A stretch of DNA of 53,178 nt, from contig JBDRQF010000036.1 in assembly GCA_043826435.1 (NCBI GenBank), positions 1 through 53,178 of the forward strand, read 5' to 3'. Shown piece by piece: positions 18,663-29,125 of the stretch. The first letter of the stretch is position 1. Every line of letters begins with the position of its first letter. The notes below the pieces were generated by a model that was not told the DNA's origin, ran no database searches, and saw only the letters and a list, made by a program, of their open reading frames with translations. Made by a program: the position numbers and the translations under genes. The stretch is from Elusimicrobiota bacterium (GTDB lineage: Bacteria; Elusimicrobiota; Endomicrobiia; CG1-02-37-114; JAHJSO01).

Positions 18663-20489
18663 TCATTTTATATCGTCAGGGGCAAAAAAACTGTCTGATT
18701 TTATAAAATCATCGAGAGTCGTCTGGCCGAGGTTTTTCCCTGCAAGTGTTCGGACTGATATTTTCCCGGCTTCCTTTTCCTTTTCGCCGACTATCAGGAT
18801 ATAGGAAATTTTGCTTTCGGTGGCTTCCCGTATCTTATAGTTAAGCGTTTCGTTTCTGGTATCTAAATCAGTGCGGATTTTTTTATCAGCCAGGTATTTT
18901 GCTACGTTTCCGGCGTATTCCTGCTGTTTTTCGGTTATGCTCAACACGCACGCCTGGACGGGAGCAAGCCAGAGCGGGAACACCCCCCCATAGTGTTCAA
19001 CCAGTACGCCGAAGAACCTTTCAACGGAACCGAGGAGGGCGCGGTGAATCATAACGACCTTCCTGTCAGCCCCTTTTTCATCCCTGTATAGGACGTTAAA
19101 CCTTTCAGGCAGGTTGAAGTCAAACTGGATGGTTGCGCACTGCCATGCCCTCCCCAGACAGTCCTTTATTTTCAGGTCAATCTTCGGGCCATAAAACGCG
19201 CCGCCACCCTCGTCTATCTCATACGGGTGGCCTGTTTTCTCCATCGCCCTCTTAAGCGCACCGGTGGCTTTCTGCCATGTGCTTTCATCCCCCACAAAAT
19301 CAACCGGCCTGGTCGCAAGGAATGTCTCAAACTCATTAAACCCGAAGGTTTTCAGGAAGCCGGTCGTAAACCGGAAGATGCTAATCATTTCTTCTTCAAG
19401 GAGGTCTTCCGTGCAGAATATGTGGGCGTCGTCTATTGTGAACCCCCGCACCCGCATGAGGCCGTGCAGGACGCCTGATTTTTCATACCTGTAAACGGTG
19501 CCGAGTTCGGCGATACGCAGTGGCAGTTCCCTGTATGAGTGCAGGCGGGTCTTGTAAATCATTATGTGGTTTGGGCAATTCATAGGTTTCACCCTGTACG
19601 GGTTGCCTTCAATATCCATTGGTGAATACATCAAATCGGAATATTTTTCAAGGTGGCCGCTGATTCTGTATATTTCTTCAGACGCAATGTGCGGGGTTAT
19701 AACGAGTTTATAACCGTGTCGGACATGCTGTTCCTTCCAAAATGACTCTATGATATTTCTTACAGTTGCGCCTTTCGGGTGCCAGTGGATAAGCCCCGCT
19801 CCCACTTCGGGATGGATACTGAAAAGGTCAAGATGGACACCCAATTTTCTGTGGTCCCTTTTCTTCGCTTCTTCCAGTTTTTGAAGATAACCGTCAAGGT
19901 CCTGCTTTGTGAAGAATGCCGTCCCGTAAATCCTCTGGAGTTGTTCCCTCTTTTCGTCCCCTCGCCAGTAAGCGCCGGCAACACTCAGGAGTTTAAAATA
20001 TTTTAACTGGCCGGTTGTTTCCAGGTGAGGCCCCCGGCATAAATCAATAAAGTTGTCGTGCTGATAGAGTGAGACATTGTCCGGTGCGACGGGCACGTCC
20101 TGCGAGGACTGTGCGCCGTGTGACCCCGGTGCCTCCCGTGTTCCTTGCGTGCCTTGTGAGTCATGCGGTGCCCCGGTGCGCCGAACACCGCTTTTTATAT
20201 CCCTGAGAATTTCAACCTTGTATTTTTCATTTCTTTCAGTGAAGAACTTTATTGCATCCTCAACGGACATTTCCTTTTTCACAAACCTGTGGTTTGCGGA
20301 TATAATCTTCTCCATCTGCTTTTCAATTCCCGGGATGTCTTCGGGAGTGAACCTCTGAGAAGAATCAAAATCATAATAAAACCCGTCTTCTATTGAAGGA
20401 CCTATGGCGAGTTTCGTACCCGGGGAAATATCACACACCGCCTGCGCCATTATATGGCTGGCAGAATGTCTGAGGGTTTCAATGTCCAT
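18663..20489 (-). CDS. thrS: Threonine--tRNA ligase (no TGS domain; ~35-aa insertion)
   Basis: LRHSASH, DLCRGPH, GAYWRG, RDHRKLG, KPMNCP, RVRGFT.DDAH, FYGPKID, HRALLGSVERF. Confidence 0.98.
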   Translation of the reverse strand: MDIETLRHSASHIMAQAVCDISPGTKLAIGPSIEDGFYYDFDSSQRFTPEDIPGIEKQMEKIISANHRFVKKEMSVEDAIKFFTERNEKYKVEILRDIKSGVRRTGAPHDSQGTQGTREAPGSHGAQSSQDVPVAPDNVSLYQHDNFIDLCRGPHLETTGQLKYFKLLSVAGAYWRGDEKREQLQRIYGTAFFTKQDLDGYLQKLEEAKKRDHRKLGVHLDLFSIHPEVGAGLIHWHPKGATVRNIIESFWKEQHVRHGYKLVITPHIASEEIYRISGHLEKYSDLMYSPMDIEGNPYRVKPMNCPNHIMIYKTRLHSYRELPLRIAELGTVYRYEKSGVLHGLMRVRGFTIDDAHIFCTEDLLEEEMISIFRFTTGFLKTFGFNEFETFLATRPVDFVGDESTWQKATGALKRAMEKTGHPYEIDEGGGAFYGPKIDLKIKDCLGRAWQCATIQFDFNLPERFNVLYRDEKGADRKVVMIHRALLGSVERFFGVLVEHYGGVFPLWLAPVQACVLSITEKQQEYAGNVAKYLADKKIRTDLDTRNETLNYKIREATESKISYILIVGEKEKEAGKISVRTLAGKNLGQTTLDDFIKSDSFFAPDDIK

Positions 20490-20592
20490 ATAACTCTTTC
20501 CACTCCTTTTTCATCCGAGGTTGCACACTTCAACGCCTCCCTAAAATCCATTTCCACTTTTCCCGTTTGCCTGTTTAGATTATTGGCATCTA

Positions 20593-20621
20593 ATGATATA
20601 AATTTTTTAATTAAAAATCAA
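20593..20621 (-). promoter_or_regulatory. Possible thrS promoter
   Basis: TTGATT-17 nt-TATCAT. Confidence 0.45.
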
Positions 20622-20648
20622 GAGGATGGCGGAAGGCACAAAAAAACA

Positions 20649-20723
20649 TGGGCGCGACAGGATTTGAACCTGTGACCCTCACGATGTCAACGTGATACTC
20701 TAACCAATCTGAGCTACGCGCCC
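20649..20723 (-). tRNA. tRNA-Val(GAC)
   Basis: Cloverleaf: GGGCGCG acceptor, TCACG-TTGACAT-CGTGA anticodon arm, GGTTCAAATCC T arm; CCA not encoded. Confidence 0.96.
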
Positions 20724-20727
20724 GTCA

Positions 20728-20800
20728 AGGTGCGGGCCGGATTTGCACCGGCGAATAACGGTTTTGCAGACCGCTCCCTTATCTGCTTGGGTACCGCACC
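20728..20800 (-). tRNA. tRNA-Cys(GCA)
   Basis: GGTGCGG/CCGCACC acceptor, U73, GCGGT-CTGCAAA-ACCGT anticodon arm; atypical T loop TGCAAAT. Confidence 0.92.
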
Positions 20801-20826
20801 GTCAAAACGACTGTCTCAACAAGATA

Positions 20827-20856
20827 ATTATACAATTTTTATTTGGTGTTTGTCAA
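20827..20856 (-). promoter_or_regulatory. Sigma70 promoter for tRNA-Cys/tRNA-Val
   Basis: TTGACA-18 nt-TATAAT. Confidence 0.7.
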
Positions 20857-22013
20857 GGAAGCATGTGTTCGCCGGCCTGTTTCATCATTCTTAATGCCTC
20901 AATATTGGTGGGGTCAAGTTCCAGTACCTTGTCAAACTGAATCGCTGCCTCGGGGTACCGTCCCTCGTCATAAAGTTTTAATCCGTTGTTGTACAGCGTC
21001 TCAATTTCTTTCAGTTTTTTTATTTGTCTGCGGGATATATCTTCCCCGAGCGTCCCGAAATTCAGGGAGATTGAAAAGACATGCGAAAGCCCCAATTCAC
21101 CGAAATCCCCCATTGCATAATCAAACGAAAACCCTGAGATTCTTATGCCTGTCCCCCACCTGAAAGCCCCCCTGCCGTTTTCCGAGATATATCCGGTTCT
21201 GATGGAAATAATTCCATACATTACGTATTCGGCGGCAGCCCCGGCGTTCACGGGCGATTCAATGGTCTTGTCGGCATGCAAAAAAAGAATTATGGGGTTA
21301 TTGAATAAATTTAATTCCATATTTCCGCCCAACCTGACAATAACGGGCAGCGGGAATGCCTTCCTGTGAAATTTTAAATGGCCGCCCATGTTGTGAACGG
21401 AAACACCCATCCTGGCAGGCCTGCCCTGTACCGACCAGGAGTGCATGCCGCCTATGTCAAAAGCAAGTGTGTCCGCCGTCCATCCGGCGATACTTTCATT
21501 TATGTATTTCAGGCCTAACCCTATGGCAGATACCCCGCGGTGTTCCCCATCGTCCGGCACTGATATCTTTTTGCCGATAGCAAAGGTTACGGCGTTGTCA
21601 CCCGATTTAATCTTTTGCGTCTCGTTGCCCGTATCATCATACCCCTGGAATTCTCCCGTGTCTAATGACTGCAATGATGAGGCGATAACGCACTGTCCAT
21701 AGGGGGAATCCCAGGGGGTTGACCCTGCCGCAAAGTTATGGAATATGTCCTGAAAGTGCCTGTTGTGCATAAAGGAGACACGGGCGTCTTTAACGAAAGC
21801 AAGCCCTGCTGGGTTCCAGTAAACGTTTTCAACGTCCGTACCAGACACCCCTGCGTTTGCAAGAGCAACGTTTCTCGCACCGGTCCCTATCCTCAGGAAG
21901 TCAGCGGAGTTCATACCTGATACAGGACAATATCGGGCACACAACAGGATTACAAAAGGCAATAAAACAATGGCCATGCAGATATTTTTATCTGATAACC
22001 GCAAGTTTTCCAT
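20853..22013 (-). CDS. PorV/PorQ (UPF0164)-like outer-membrane barrel with C-terminal TPR
   Basis: Signal peptide, FLRIGTGARNVAL, YWNPAGLA, GLKYINESI, FDIG, FDYA..DFGELG.SHVFSI, then a TPR. Confidence 0.82.
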   Translation of the reverse strand: MENLRLSDKNICMAIVLLPFVILLCARYCPVSGMNSADFLRIGTGARNVALANAGVSGTDVENVYWNPAGLAFVKDARVSFMHNRHFQDIFHNFAAGSTPWDSPYGQCVIASSLQSLDTGEFQGYDDTGNETQKIKSGDNAVTFAIGKKISVPDDGEHRGVSAIGLGLKYINESIAGWTADTLAFDIGGMHSWSVQGRPARMGVSVHNMGGHLKFHRKAFPLPVIVRLGGNMELNLFNNPIILFLHADKTIESPVNAGAAAEYVMYGIISIRTGYISENGRGAFRWGTGIRISGFSFDYAMGDFGELGLSHVFSISLNFGTLGEDISRRQIKKLKEIETLYNNGLKLYDEGRYPEAAIQFDKVLELDPTNIEALRMMKQAGEHMLP

Positions 22014-24972
22014 GTTTTTTGTTCACCCCGCCGTCTATTACATAAATATACACGCCGCTTGCTATTTCCATCCCGACGCCGTCGGTTACAGGCGACCATG
22101 TATGGATTCCATCCCCGTCCGTTTCATGCAGTTCGGTTATCAGGGCGCCTGATATTGAATAGATTCTTATTCTGCATTCTGACGGGAGAGGGGCATCGGG
22201 GGGTTTTCCGAATTTAATTGATACCTGCCCCGTGTGCGGTTCAAAAGGCACCGGGTAAGCGAATGAAACGGAAGCATCGGTATTTCTTGACCCTAACAGT
22301 GCATACACACCCATGCGTTTTGACAGGACGGAAACATTGGTTTCCTGTCCGTTGACCGTCCCACCCGACATCTCCCATGTTTTTGTTCCCTCATTCAGGT
22401 AACAGGCGGAGAGGTTCCTGGCAAAAACCTTAGGGTCGGAGTTGTCAATTATACCGTCGCGCTCAGTGTCCCGGTATGGGATGATAATCTCCGCCTGGTT
22501 ATTCATGTCCACCCGGACATGGCCCGTGTCGTCATAAACGGTAATTTCTCTTAATGTTGAAGGCAGTACGTAGGTGAACCTGTCACCTGAATTCAGGACC
22601 TTTTCAGTCGCAGTTGCAATATTGTGCGGGTTTGCAACCGTTGTCTTTTCATCCGGCCTTGTGTTTATTATGACGCCGATTTTTTCATTTTCCGTGATGC
22701 CTTCAAGTTTAACCATTGTTTTTTCATCGTCGCCTATGATTACGTTCGGCAGTCCCGGTTCAAGGACAGTAGCGAATACCAGCGGGTTTTGCACCCCATC
22801 GGATACGTTTAGAGGAAGATTGACGCTGAATCTGTACGTCCAGCCCTTCAGGAGTTCCTTGTGCGGGGTGAAGACAGCACAGAATATCTCCTGCTTGTAT
22901 CCGGTTGAGCCGCTTATTTCTGAGAGAAGGTTATTGCCTGTCCTGTCCTTTATTGCATGTAATTGTAATGCACCCGAAAGGGTGGACGAATCAATGCCGG
23001 TGTTAAAATAAACCGAGATATCCGCCTTTTCAGAAACGCATATCGTCCGGTTGAGTATTTTTATCCCCCCGGCATCAATGGAGGTTATGACTGCATCAGG
23101 CGGTTTTTCCAAATAATAGGTTGCAATGTTGGACAGCGATGTCAGCCCGATGTCGTCAATTGCCATTATACGGAAATAATAGGTTAAATCATGCGCCAGC
23201 CCGGACACGGTTTCTATCTCCTGCGTTCCTGCAGGCCCTGACGAATGCCTGAATGATTTCCAGAGAGAGGAATCATCCCACGAGAAAGGCGCCCCTGTTG
23301 AGTGTCTTATCTCATAACCGGCTACCTGTCCCGTTGTGCCGTCATCCCCGGGAGACGTCCATGAGAGGACAAACTCACCCGCTTTAAGCGTTGAGACAGC
23401 ACGCAAGTCCGTTATTTCAGACGGTAGGATAAAATTGCCGATTGCCCCTGCCATATCCGATGCATCTGAAATATTTTCAGCGGCATCCTTCGTCCACACC
23501 GTAAAATAATACGTTGCCTCAAGGGGCAGATTTTCAACCCATATATTTTGTATGTTTCCGGCCGCAACGCCTTTTGTCGAGATAACTATTTGTGCATCCG
23601 AATGGGCCCACACCACATCAGGAGACGTTGAGTACCGGACGTAGAAGGTTGAAGGGCTTATAAGAGGATATAAGTCGCCGTCATCTCCCGGGAACGTCCA
23701 GGAGAGTTGCACTTTACCCGGGTTTTGGGACGATGAGCCGGCGAAAATCCCTGTAACCCTGCCCGGCGAAACGTCGTCCCACCTGGCATATTTCAGCATG
23801 TTTTTCTCCCTGTCAACAAAACTTATATGCGTTTTGTCCCGGTCGTCAATTGCAATGTCCGCGCAGTCGCCGTTTGCGTGCAGGACGCTGATTTTCCAGC
23901 CCGACGCCGTCCTTGATGCGTATTTCAGGTTATAGTTCGTTTCATTCCTGTAAACGATGCGAGAAAAGTCCCGGCTGTCAACCGCTATGTTGCTCCTTGC
24001 CCCTAATTTTTCACCCGTAGCGTCAACTACGGATATTTTATCTATAGTGGCGCTTGCAAATTCCAGCGCATAACTGGGAGGAGGAAGATCCACGTACGAC
24101 AACCTTTGATAAGACACAACCCACGCATTGTTTGATTTCTGGATTGCAACAGACAGGTCCTTTTCAGTATCTCCCGCGAGAGGGTCACCGCCACCCCCAT
24201 CTTGCCTGGTGTATAGAATGGTTTTGGTCCAGTCAGGGTTTTTTGTAAATACGACCCCCCAGTACTGGTCAGGCGGTTCTGCCGGATACTTTGTCATAGC
24301 CACCACAGGGTTTCCCGTTGCAATTGCAATAGACAGCCGGCTGTCTTTTCTTCCGCACTCTGAATTGCCTGCATATTGGTATAGCCATGAAAACGGACCC
24401 CAGCCGGAGGAAGGAGACCAAGACCTGTAAAGAACAGGCATTGTTGAAAAGTTAACCGACTTATTCCCATCGGTCAGGTGCACGCCTGCCACAACGTGCA
24501 GGCAACCATCCGTTGATATGGCGATGGCGCATGGAAGTTGTTCGGAAGGGTCATCCCCGTTTGGACTACTGTATATGGACGTGGTCTTCCATGTGCCATC
24601 AGGGGGTTTTGATGCAACTTTTATTTCGGCTACAAGTATCTGCTGGTATGAGACAGCTGAAAACACCGTGCCTTCAGAACTTATGCCGATGTTTGTCTGG
24701 CGGTAGGAAATGGGTGCCGCTCCAAGCAACGAAAGCCCCGTACTTTCCGTCCACCAGCCGGTTGAGCCAAGGACAGCATAACCGACAACGTAGGGGTCCC
24801 TGCCGTATGATATATGGGGTCGGCCGTTTCTGTCCAGAACAATGGATGTTTCAGCAGGGTCAACGTTTGACTGGACACCCGTAATCTCGTGGATATTCCA
24901 TCCCGCCGGAAGGCATTCACCGGGAAGAAACAAGAAGCAGGAGAGAAAAAACATAAAAATTATCTTTTTCAT
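21988..24972 (-). CDS. Secreted protein: beta-propeller-like N-terminus, two FN3-like repeats, Ig-like domain, T9SS type-A-like C-terminal sorting domain
   Basis: Signal peptide; LSWT(F/S)PGDDG repeats; C-terminus AYPVPF...IRIYSISGALI...W...ASGVYIY...KLAVIR. Confidence 0.8.
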   Translation of the reverse strand: MKKIIFMFFLSCFLFLPGECLPAGWNIHEITGVQSNVDPAETSIVLDRNGRPHISYGRDPYVVGYAVLGSTGWWTESTGLSLLGAAPISYRQTNIGISSEGTVFSAVSYQQILVAEIKVASKPPDGTWKTTSIYSSPNGDDPSEQLPCAIAISTDGCLHVVAGVHLTDGNKSVNFSTMPVLYRSWSPSSGWGPFSWLYQYAGNSECGRKDSRLSIAIATGNPVVAMTKYPAEPPDQYWGVVFTKNPDWTKTILYTRQDGGGGDPLAGDTEKDLSVAIQKSNNAWVVSYQRLSYVDLPPPSYALEFASATIDKISVVDATGEKLGARSNIAVDSRDFSRIVYRNETNYNLKYASRTASGWKISVLHANGDCADIAIDDRDKTHISFVDREKNMLKYARWDDVSPGRVTGIFAGSSSQNPGKVQLSWTFPGDDGDLYPLISPSTFYVRYSTSPDVVWAHSDAQIVISTKGVAAGNIQNIWVENLPLEATYYFTVWTKDAAENISDASDMAGAIGNFILPSEITDLRAVSTLKAGEFVLSWTSPGDDGTTGQVAGYEIRHSTGAPFSWDDSSLWKSFRHSSGPAGTQEIETVSGLAHDLTYYFRIMAIDDIGLTSLSNIATYYLEKPPDAVITSIDAGGIKILNRTICVSEKADISVYFNTGIDSSTLSGALQLHAIKDRTGNNLLSEISGSTGYKQEIFCAVFTPHKELLKGWTYRFSVNLPLNVSDGVQNPLVFATVLEPGLPNVIIGDDEKTMVKLEGITENEKIGVIINTRPDEKTTVANPHNIATATEKVLNSGDRFTYVLPSTLREITVYDDTGHVRVDMNNQAEIIIPYRDTERDGIIDNSDPKVFARNLSACYLNEGTKTWEMSGGTVNGQETNVSVLSKRMGVYALLGSRNTDASVSFAYPVPFEPHTGQVSIKFGKPPDAPLPSECRIRIYSISGALITELHETDGDGIHTWSPVTDGVGMEIASGVYIYVIDGGVNKKHGKLAVIR

Positions 24973-25065
24973 CCTGCGCTTATTATAATGGATTTTTTAT
25001 GAATTTGCAGTGAAGTTCGTTTGAATGTTTTGTGAATTTTTGAAGCGGGTAAGAAAACGGAGGTG

Positions 25066-26334
25066 TCATGCCGGGTATTTCCCGAAGTTTAAAACCCTCT
25101 TATCCAGGACAAATGTTTCCTCGCGCGTCCTGCCGGACGAGAGCAAAGAGATTTTTATCCCCAGTAGTTTTTCCAGGGTTTTTACGTAGAGGTTTGCATT
25201 CCGTGGCATTATAGAGCGTCCGCGCGTGATACATAGTGGTTTATTGAACCCCGGCAGTTCAATGTACACGGGCTTACATTCTGAAATAACTTCTCTTGAG
25301 GCGGGAAACCTGGTAATCCTTTTGCCTTTGTGCACATAAGCGACACATATTTTAAGAGGGTGTATCCCCTGCAGACAGTCCAGTTTTGTAAGGGCTAATG
25401 AGTTAAACCCGTTTACCATTATGGAGTGTTTAATAGATACAATATCAATCCAGCCGCACCTCCTGGGCCTGCCTGTCGTGGCGCCATACTCCATCCCTGC
25501 CTCCCTGAGTTGTGCAGCAAGAGAGCCGCGTATTTCCGTGGGGAAAGGACCGTCCCCGACCCTGGTCGTGTATGCCTTCATCACGCCGAGTATGTAATCT
25601 ATGGCAGTCGGTGGAACACCCGCACCAGTGCAGACCCCCCCGCTCACCGGGTTTGAACTCGTTACGTAAGGGTACGTGCCGAAGTCCAGGTCAAGTAGCG
25701 TGCCCTGGGCGCTTTCAAAAATAATCTTTTTGCCGCGGGCAATTGCCCGGTTCAGGAATAACACAGTATCCGCAGCGAACGGGTAGAGAAACCTTCTCCA
25801 TTGCTGGTATTTTTTAAGTATGTCCCTTTTTTGTCCCCATGCCTTTTTTTCCCTGACGTTTATATCCAGCAGTTTGCGGAAGGTTGCAGGGCTTAAAAAA
25901 TCAACGACCCTTACGCCTATACGGACAACCTTGTCTGCATAGGCGGGGCCTATACCCCTGAGGGTGGTACCCAGTCGGATTTTGCTCCTCTCCCTGCGTT
26001 CGTCCATCTGCCTGTGGTACGGGAGAATTATGTGGGCTGATTCGCTTATAAGGAGGCGATTTTTAACCGGTATGTTAAGGGCGCAAACTTCACTGCGGAG
26101 TATTTCAGGGTCTATAACGACGCCGTTTGATATAACGCAAATCTTTCCCGGCAGGACAATGCCTGAAGGCAAAGTATGCAGGACAAAGGGTTTGTCCCCT
26201 AATATAATCGTATGGCCGGCGTTCGGCCCGCCCTGGTATCTGACGACAACGTCAGCCCTGTTTCCCAGGAAGTGGACGATTTTCCCCTTGCCTTCATCCC
26301 CCCACTGCGACCCTGCAATAACCAGCGTAGGCAT
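25066..26334 (-). CDS. purA: Adenylosuccinate synthetase
   Basis: QWGDEGKGK, GGPNAGHT, GIGPAYADK, GTYPYVTSS, GATTGRPRRCGW. Confidence 0.98.
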   Translation of the reverse strand: MPTLVIAGSQWGDEGKGKIVHFLGNRADVVVRYQGGPNAGHTIILGDKPFVLHTLPSGIVLPGKICVISNGVVIDPEILRSEVCALNIPVKNRLLISESAHIILPYHRQMDERRERSKIRLGTTLRGIGPAYADKVVRIGVRVVDFLSPATFRKLLDINVREKKAWGQKRDILKKYQQWRRFLYPFAADTVLFLNRAIARGKKIIFESAQGTLLDLDFGTYPYVTSSNPVSGGVCTGAGVPPTAIDYILGVMKAYTTRVGDGPFPTEIRGSLAAQLREAGMEYGATTGRPRRCGWIDIVSIKHSIMVNGFNSLALTKLDCLQGIHPLKICVAYVHKGKRITRFPASREVISECKPVYIELPGFNKPLCITRGRSIMPRNANLYVKTLEKLLGIKISLLSSGRTREETFVLDKRVLNFGKYPA

Positions 26335-26335
26335 A

Positions 26336-27631
26336 TTATTTTAAACCGATCCTTCTAAAAGCAATGTCTATGTTCCTGATAAAATATTTCATACTGAAAC
26401 AACCTTTTATCTCTTTTTCAGACAGGTATTTCATGACTTTTTTATCTTTAAGGACAAACCCCTTGAAGTCCTTTTTGGTGAGATACGCCCTGTGGGAAAT
26501 ATCCTGGAGAGTCCTGTATGCCCTGTCCCTGTCAAGCCCTTTCTTTATCAGGTTCAGCATGAGGAGTTGAGAAAAGTAAACGTCCTGCGATTTTGTCAGG
26601 TTGGCTTGCATGTTTTCGGTATAGACGGAAAGGTTCTCAAGAATCCCGTTAAACCTGTGGAGTATGTAATCAACAAGTATGCTTGAATCCGGAATGACTA
26701 TCCTTTCAACGGATGAGTGGGATATGTCCCTCTCGCCCCAGACGGCTATGTTTTCAAGCCCTGCAAGACAGTTTGACCTGACGACCCGCGCCAGCCCGCT
26801 TATCTGCTCCGCCCCGACAGGGTTTCTCTTGTGCGGCATTGAGGATGACCCCTTCTGCCCCCTGACGAACTCCTCTTCAACCTCAAGTATTTCGGTCCTC
26901 TGCATATTCCTTATTTCCACGGCGAACCCCTCTATTGTACTTGCAATGATTGCAAGGAGGCAGAGATACGCGGCATACCTGTCCCGCGGGACAATCTGGG
27001 TTGAAACCGGCTCAGGTTTTAATTTGAGTTTTTTACATACGTACTCTTCAACAGGAGGATTGATATGTGCGAACGTGCCGACCGGGCCGGATATTTTCCC
27101 GTAAGAAACGGTTTCAAGGGTATTTTCCATAAGCGCCAGGGCGCGGTTTATTCCGCTATACCACCCCGACAGTTTGAACCCGAAAGTTATCGGCTCCGCG
27201 TGGACGCCGTGGGTCCTCCCTATCATCGGGGTATTTTTATGCCTGACGGCTAATTTTCCGACGGTATCCATGAGTTTCAGGAGTTTACGCGTTATAACTC
27301 CGCAGGACTCCTTCAGTTGCAGAGCGGTAGCCGTATCCGATATGTCCGAGGATGTAAGCCCGAAGTGTATCCACCTGGACGCACTCCCTAAGTTCTCGCT
27401 TATCTGGTCAACAAAGGCGGCCATGTCATGCCTTGTAGTCGTTTCTATCTTTTTTATTCTCGGGATGTTGAGATGAATTTTTCGCCTGATTTTTGCCAGT
27501 TCGCCGGCCGTAATTATTCCGTTTTTACTGAACGCCTCAAGGACGCACATCTCAACCGCCAGCCATTTTTTGATCTTTTCTTCTTCAGACCAGATTCTTC
27601 CCATTTCAGGAAGACAATACCTGTCTATCAT
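26336..27631 (-). CDS. purB: Adenylosuccinate lyase
   Basis: MIDRY, HFGLTSSD, GRTHGVHAEP, GSSSMPHKRNP. Confidence 0.98.
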   Translation of the reverse strand: MIDRYCLPEMGRIWSEEEKIKKWLAVEMCVLEAFSKNGIITAGELAKIRRKIHLNIPRIKKIETTTRHDMAAFVDQISENLGSASRWIHFGLTSSDISDTATALQLKESCGVITRKLLKLMDTVGKLAVRHKNTPMIGRTHGVHAEPITFGFKLSGWYSGINRALALMENTLETVSYGKISGPVGTFAHINPPVEEYVCKKLKLKPEPVSTQIVPRDRYAAYLCLLAIIASTIEGFAVEIRNMQRTEILEVEEEFVRGQKGSSSMPHKRNPVGAEQISGLARVVRSNCLAGLENIAVWGERDISHSSVERIVIPDSSILVDYILHRFNGILENLSVYTENMQANLTKSQDVYFSQLLMLNLIKKGLDRDRAYRTLQDISHRAYLTKKDFKGFVLKDKKVMKYLSEKEIKGCFSMKYFIRNIDIAFRRIGLK

Positions 27632-27639
27632 TTTTATGT

Positions 27640-27729
27640 CCTAAGCGTGCGTTAACCCGTTATGGCGCTCACACATTTTTTAAGTTACTAACAACCATTA
27701 ATAAAACCACCAGTAGGTTGATTATTTTG
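27640..27729 (-). repeat. Family-1 ~90-nt element (copy 4), between purE and purB
   Basis: Aligns full-length with copies at 2912-3194; ends ...CGCTTAGG 8 nt before the purB ATG. Confidence 0.9.
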
Positions 27730-27745
27730 CCTCTTTAATGTCAGG

Positions 27746-28246
27746 TTAGCGTCGGGAATTTTTATTCCTGTATTTATTTAATTTTTTCCGTATAGCGGGA
27801 TATCTTAAAGAAAGAATCTCAGCGGAAAATATAGCGGCATTGGCTGCCCCGTGCCTGCCTATGGCCATGCATCCAACCGGCACGCCTTCCGGCATCTGTA
27901 CTATTGAAAGGAGCGAATCAATCCCTGCGAGCGGTTTCGTCTCTATGGGCACGCCTATTACGGGTAAATCCGTTCTTGAAGCGACCGCCCCCGGTAGGTG
28001 CGCCGCCATCCCGGCGCAAGCGATAACCACACAAGTCCCCCTGCTTTTAAGTCCCCTGATGAAACTTTCAACCCTTGCGGGGGTCCTGTGGGCGGACGCA
28101 ACCGTAACGTCATAAGAAATGCCGAACCGACACAGTAATTCCTTCGTTCTTTCAATGTGAGGAATGTCGGACGTACTGCCGAGGACGATGCTTACCATCG
28201 CCCTCCCGGTTTTCGTTGTTCCTATTTTTTTCTTTTTTGGAAACAT
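27746..28246 (-). CDS. purE: N5-CAIR mutase
   Basis: GSTSD, SAHRTP, AGMAAHLPG, PVIGVP, SIVQMP.GVPV (alternative start 28198). Confidence 0.96.
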   Translation of the reverse strand: MFPKKKKIGTTKTGRAMVSIVLGSTSDIPHIERTKELLCRFGISYDVTVASAHRTPARVESFIRGLKSRGTCVVIACAGMAAHLPGAVASRTDLPVIGVPIETKPLAGIDSLLSIVQMPEGVPVGCMAIGRHGAANAAIFSAEILSLRYPAIRKKLNKYRNKNSRR

Positions 28247-28267
28247 TTTAAAACACCCGCCGTATTT

Positions 28268-29125
28268 TTATGACCTGGCTATGCGGTTATAAATTTCAAC
28301 GTATTTGTCCTGCGTTATTTTTACCACATCGCCCGGTAATTCCGTATTTTCAGCGCCGCCTTTTGATTTGACATAATCCCGGACGAATTGCTTGTCCAGC
28401 GGTTCCTGCGGCCGGCCCGGCATATATTTATTTGCGTCCCAGAACCTTGACGAGTCAGGCGTGAGCAGTTCGTCAATAAGAATTATATCCCCGTTGTCCG
28501 TCCCGAATTCAAGTTTTGTGTCTGCAATGATAATGCCCCTGGTTTCAGCGTAGCGAGCGGCTTTTTCATAAATAAGAATGGACAAATCCCTTAACTTTTC
28601 GGCAGCCCCGTCCGGGGCTATATTTTTCATCTCATCAAGCGAAATATTCCTGTCGTGACAACCGGTTTCTTCCTTTGTCGCAGGGGTGAATACAGGCCTG
28701 TCCAGTTTGTCCGACTCTTTCAGTCCTAACGGCAACGGTATACCGCACACCTCACCCGTCTTTTTATAGTCCTGCCATGCAGAACCGCAAAGATATCCCC
28801 TGACGACACACTCAACGTTTAGTCGTTGGGCTTTTTTGACTATTACGGAGTTTTCCCTCATCCCATCCGGAATATTTTCAATTTCCCGTAGGTCACTCGT
28901 AATTATGTGGTTAGGCACTGTGTCCTTGAAATATTCAAACCAGAAGTTTGACATTTTGTTGACTATTTTCCCCTTCCCCGGTATAGCCGTAGGCAGGACG
29001 GAGTCAAAACAGGAGATCCTGTCGGTGGAAACAATCAGGAGCGCATCAGACCCGTTAAACTCTCCTATTCCGAAGACGTCCCGCACCTTACCGGAATACA
29101 AAAGAAACATGTGTTTCAGCATCAT
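28268..29125 (-). CDS. purC: SAICAR synthetase
   Basis: [45 protein letters not shown]. Confidence 0.97.
   Translation of the reverse strand: MMLKHMFLLYSGKVRDVFGIGEFNGSDALLIVSTDRISCFDSVLPTAIPGKGKIVNKMSNFWFEYFKDTVPNHIITSDLREIENIPDGMRENSVIVKKAQRLNVECVVRGYLCGSAWQDYKKTGEVCGIPLPLGLKESDKLDRPVFTPATKEETGCHDRNISLDEMKNIAPDGAAEKLRDLSILIYEKAARYAETRGIIIADTKLEFGTDNGDIILIDELLTPDSSRFWDANKYMPGRPQEPLDKQFVRDYVKSKGGAENTELPGDVVKITQDKYVEIYNRIARS

Noticed and set aside
20490..20648. T-box or other leader upstream of thrS
   Set aside because: No T-box motif or terminator seen; leader is short
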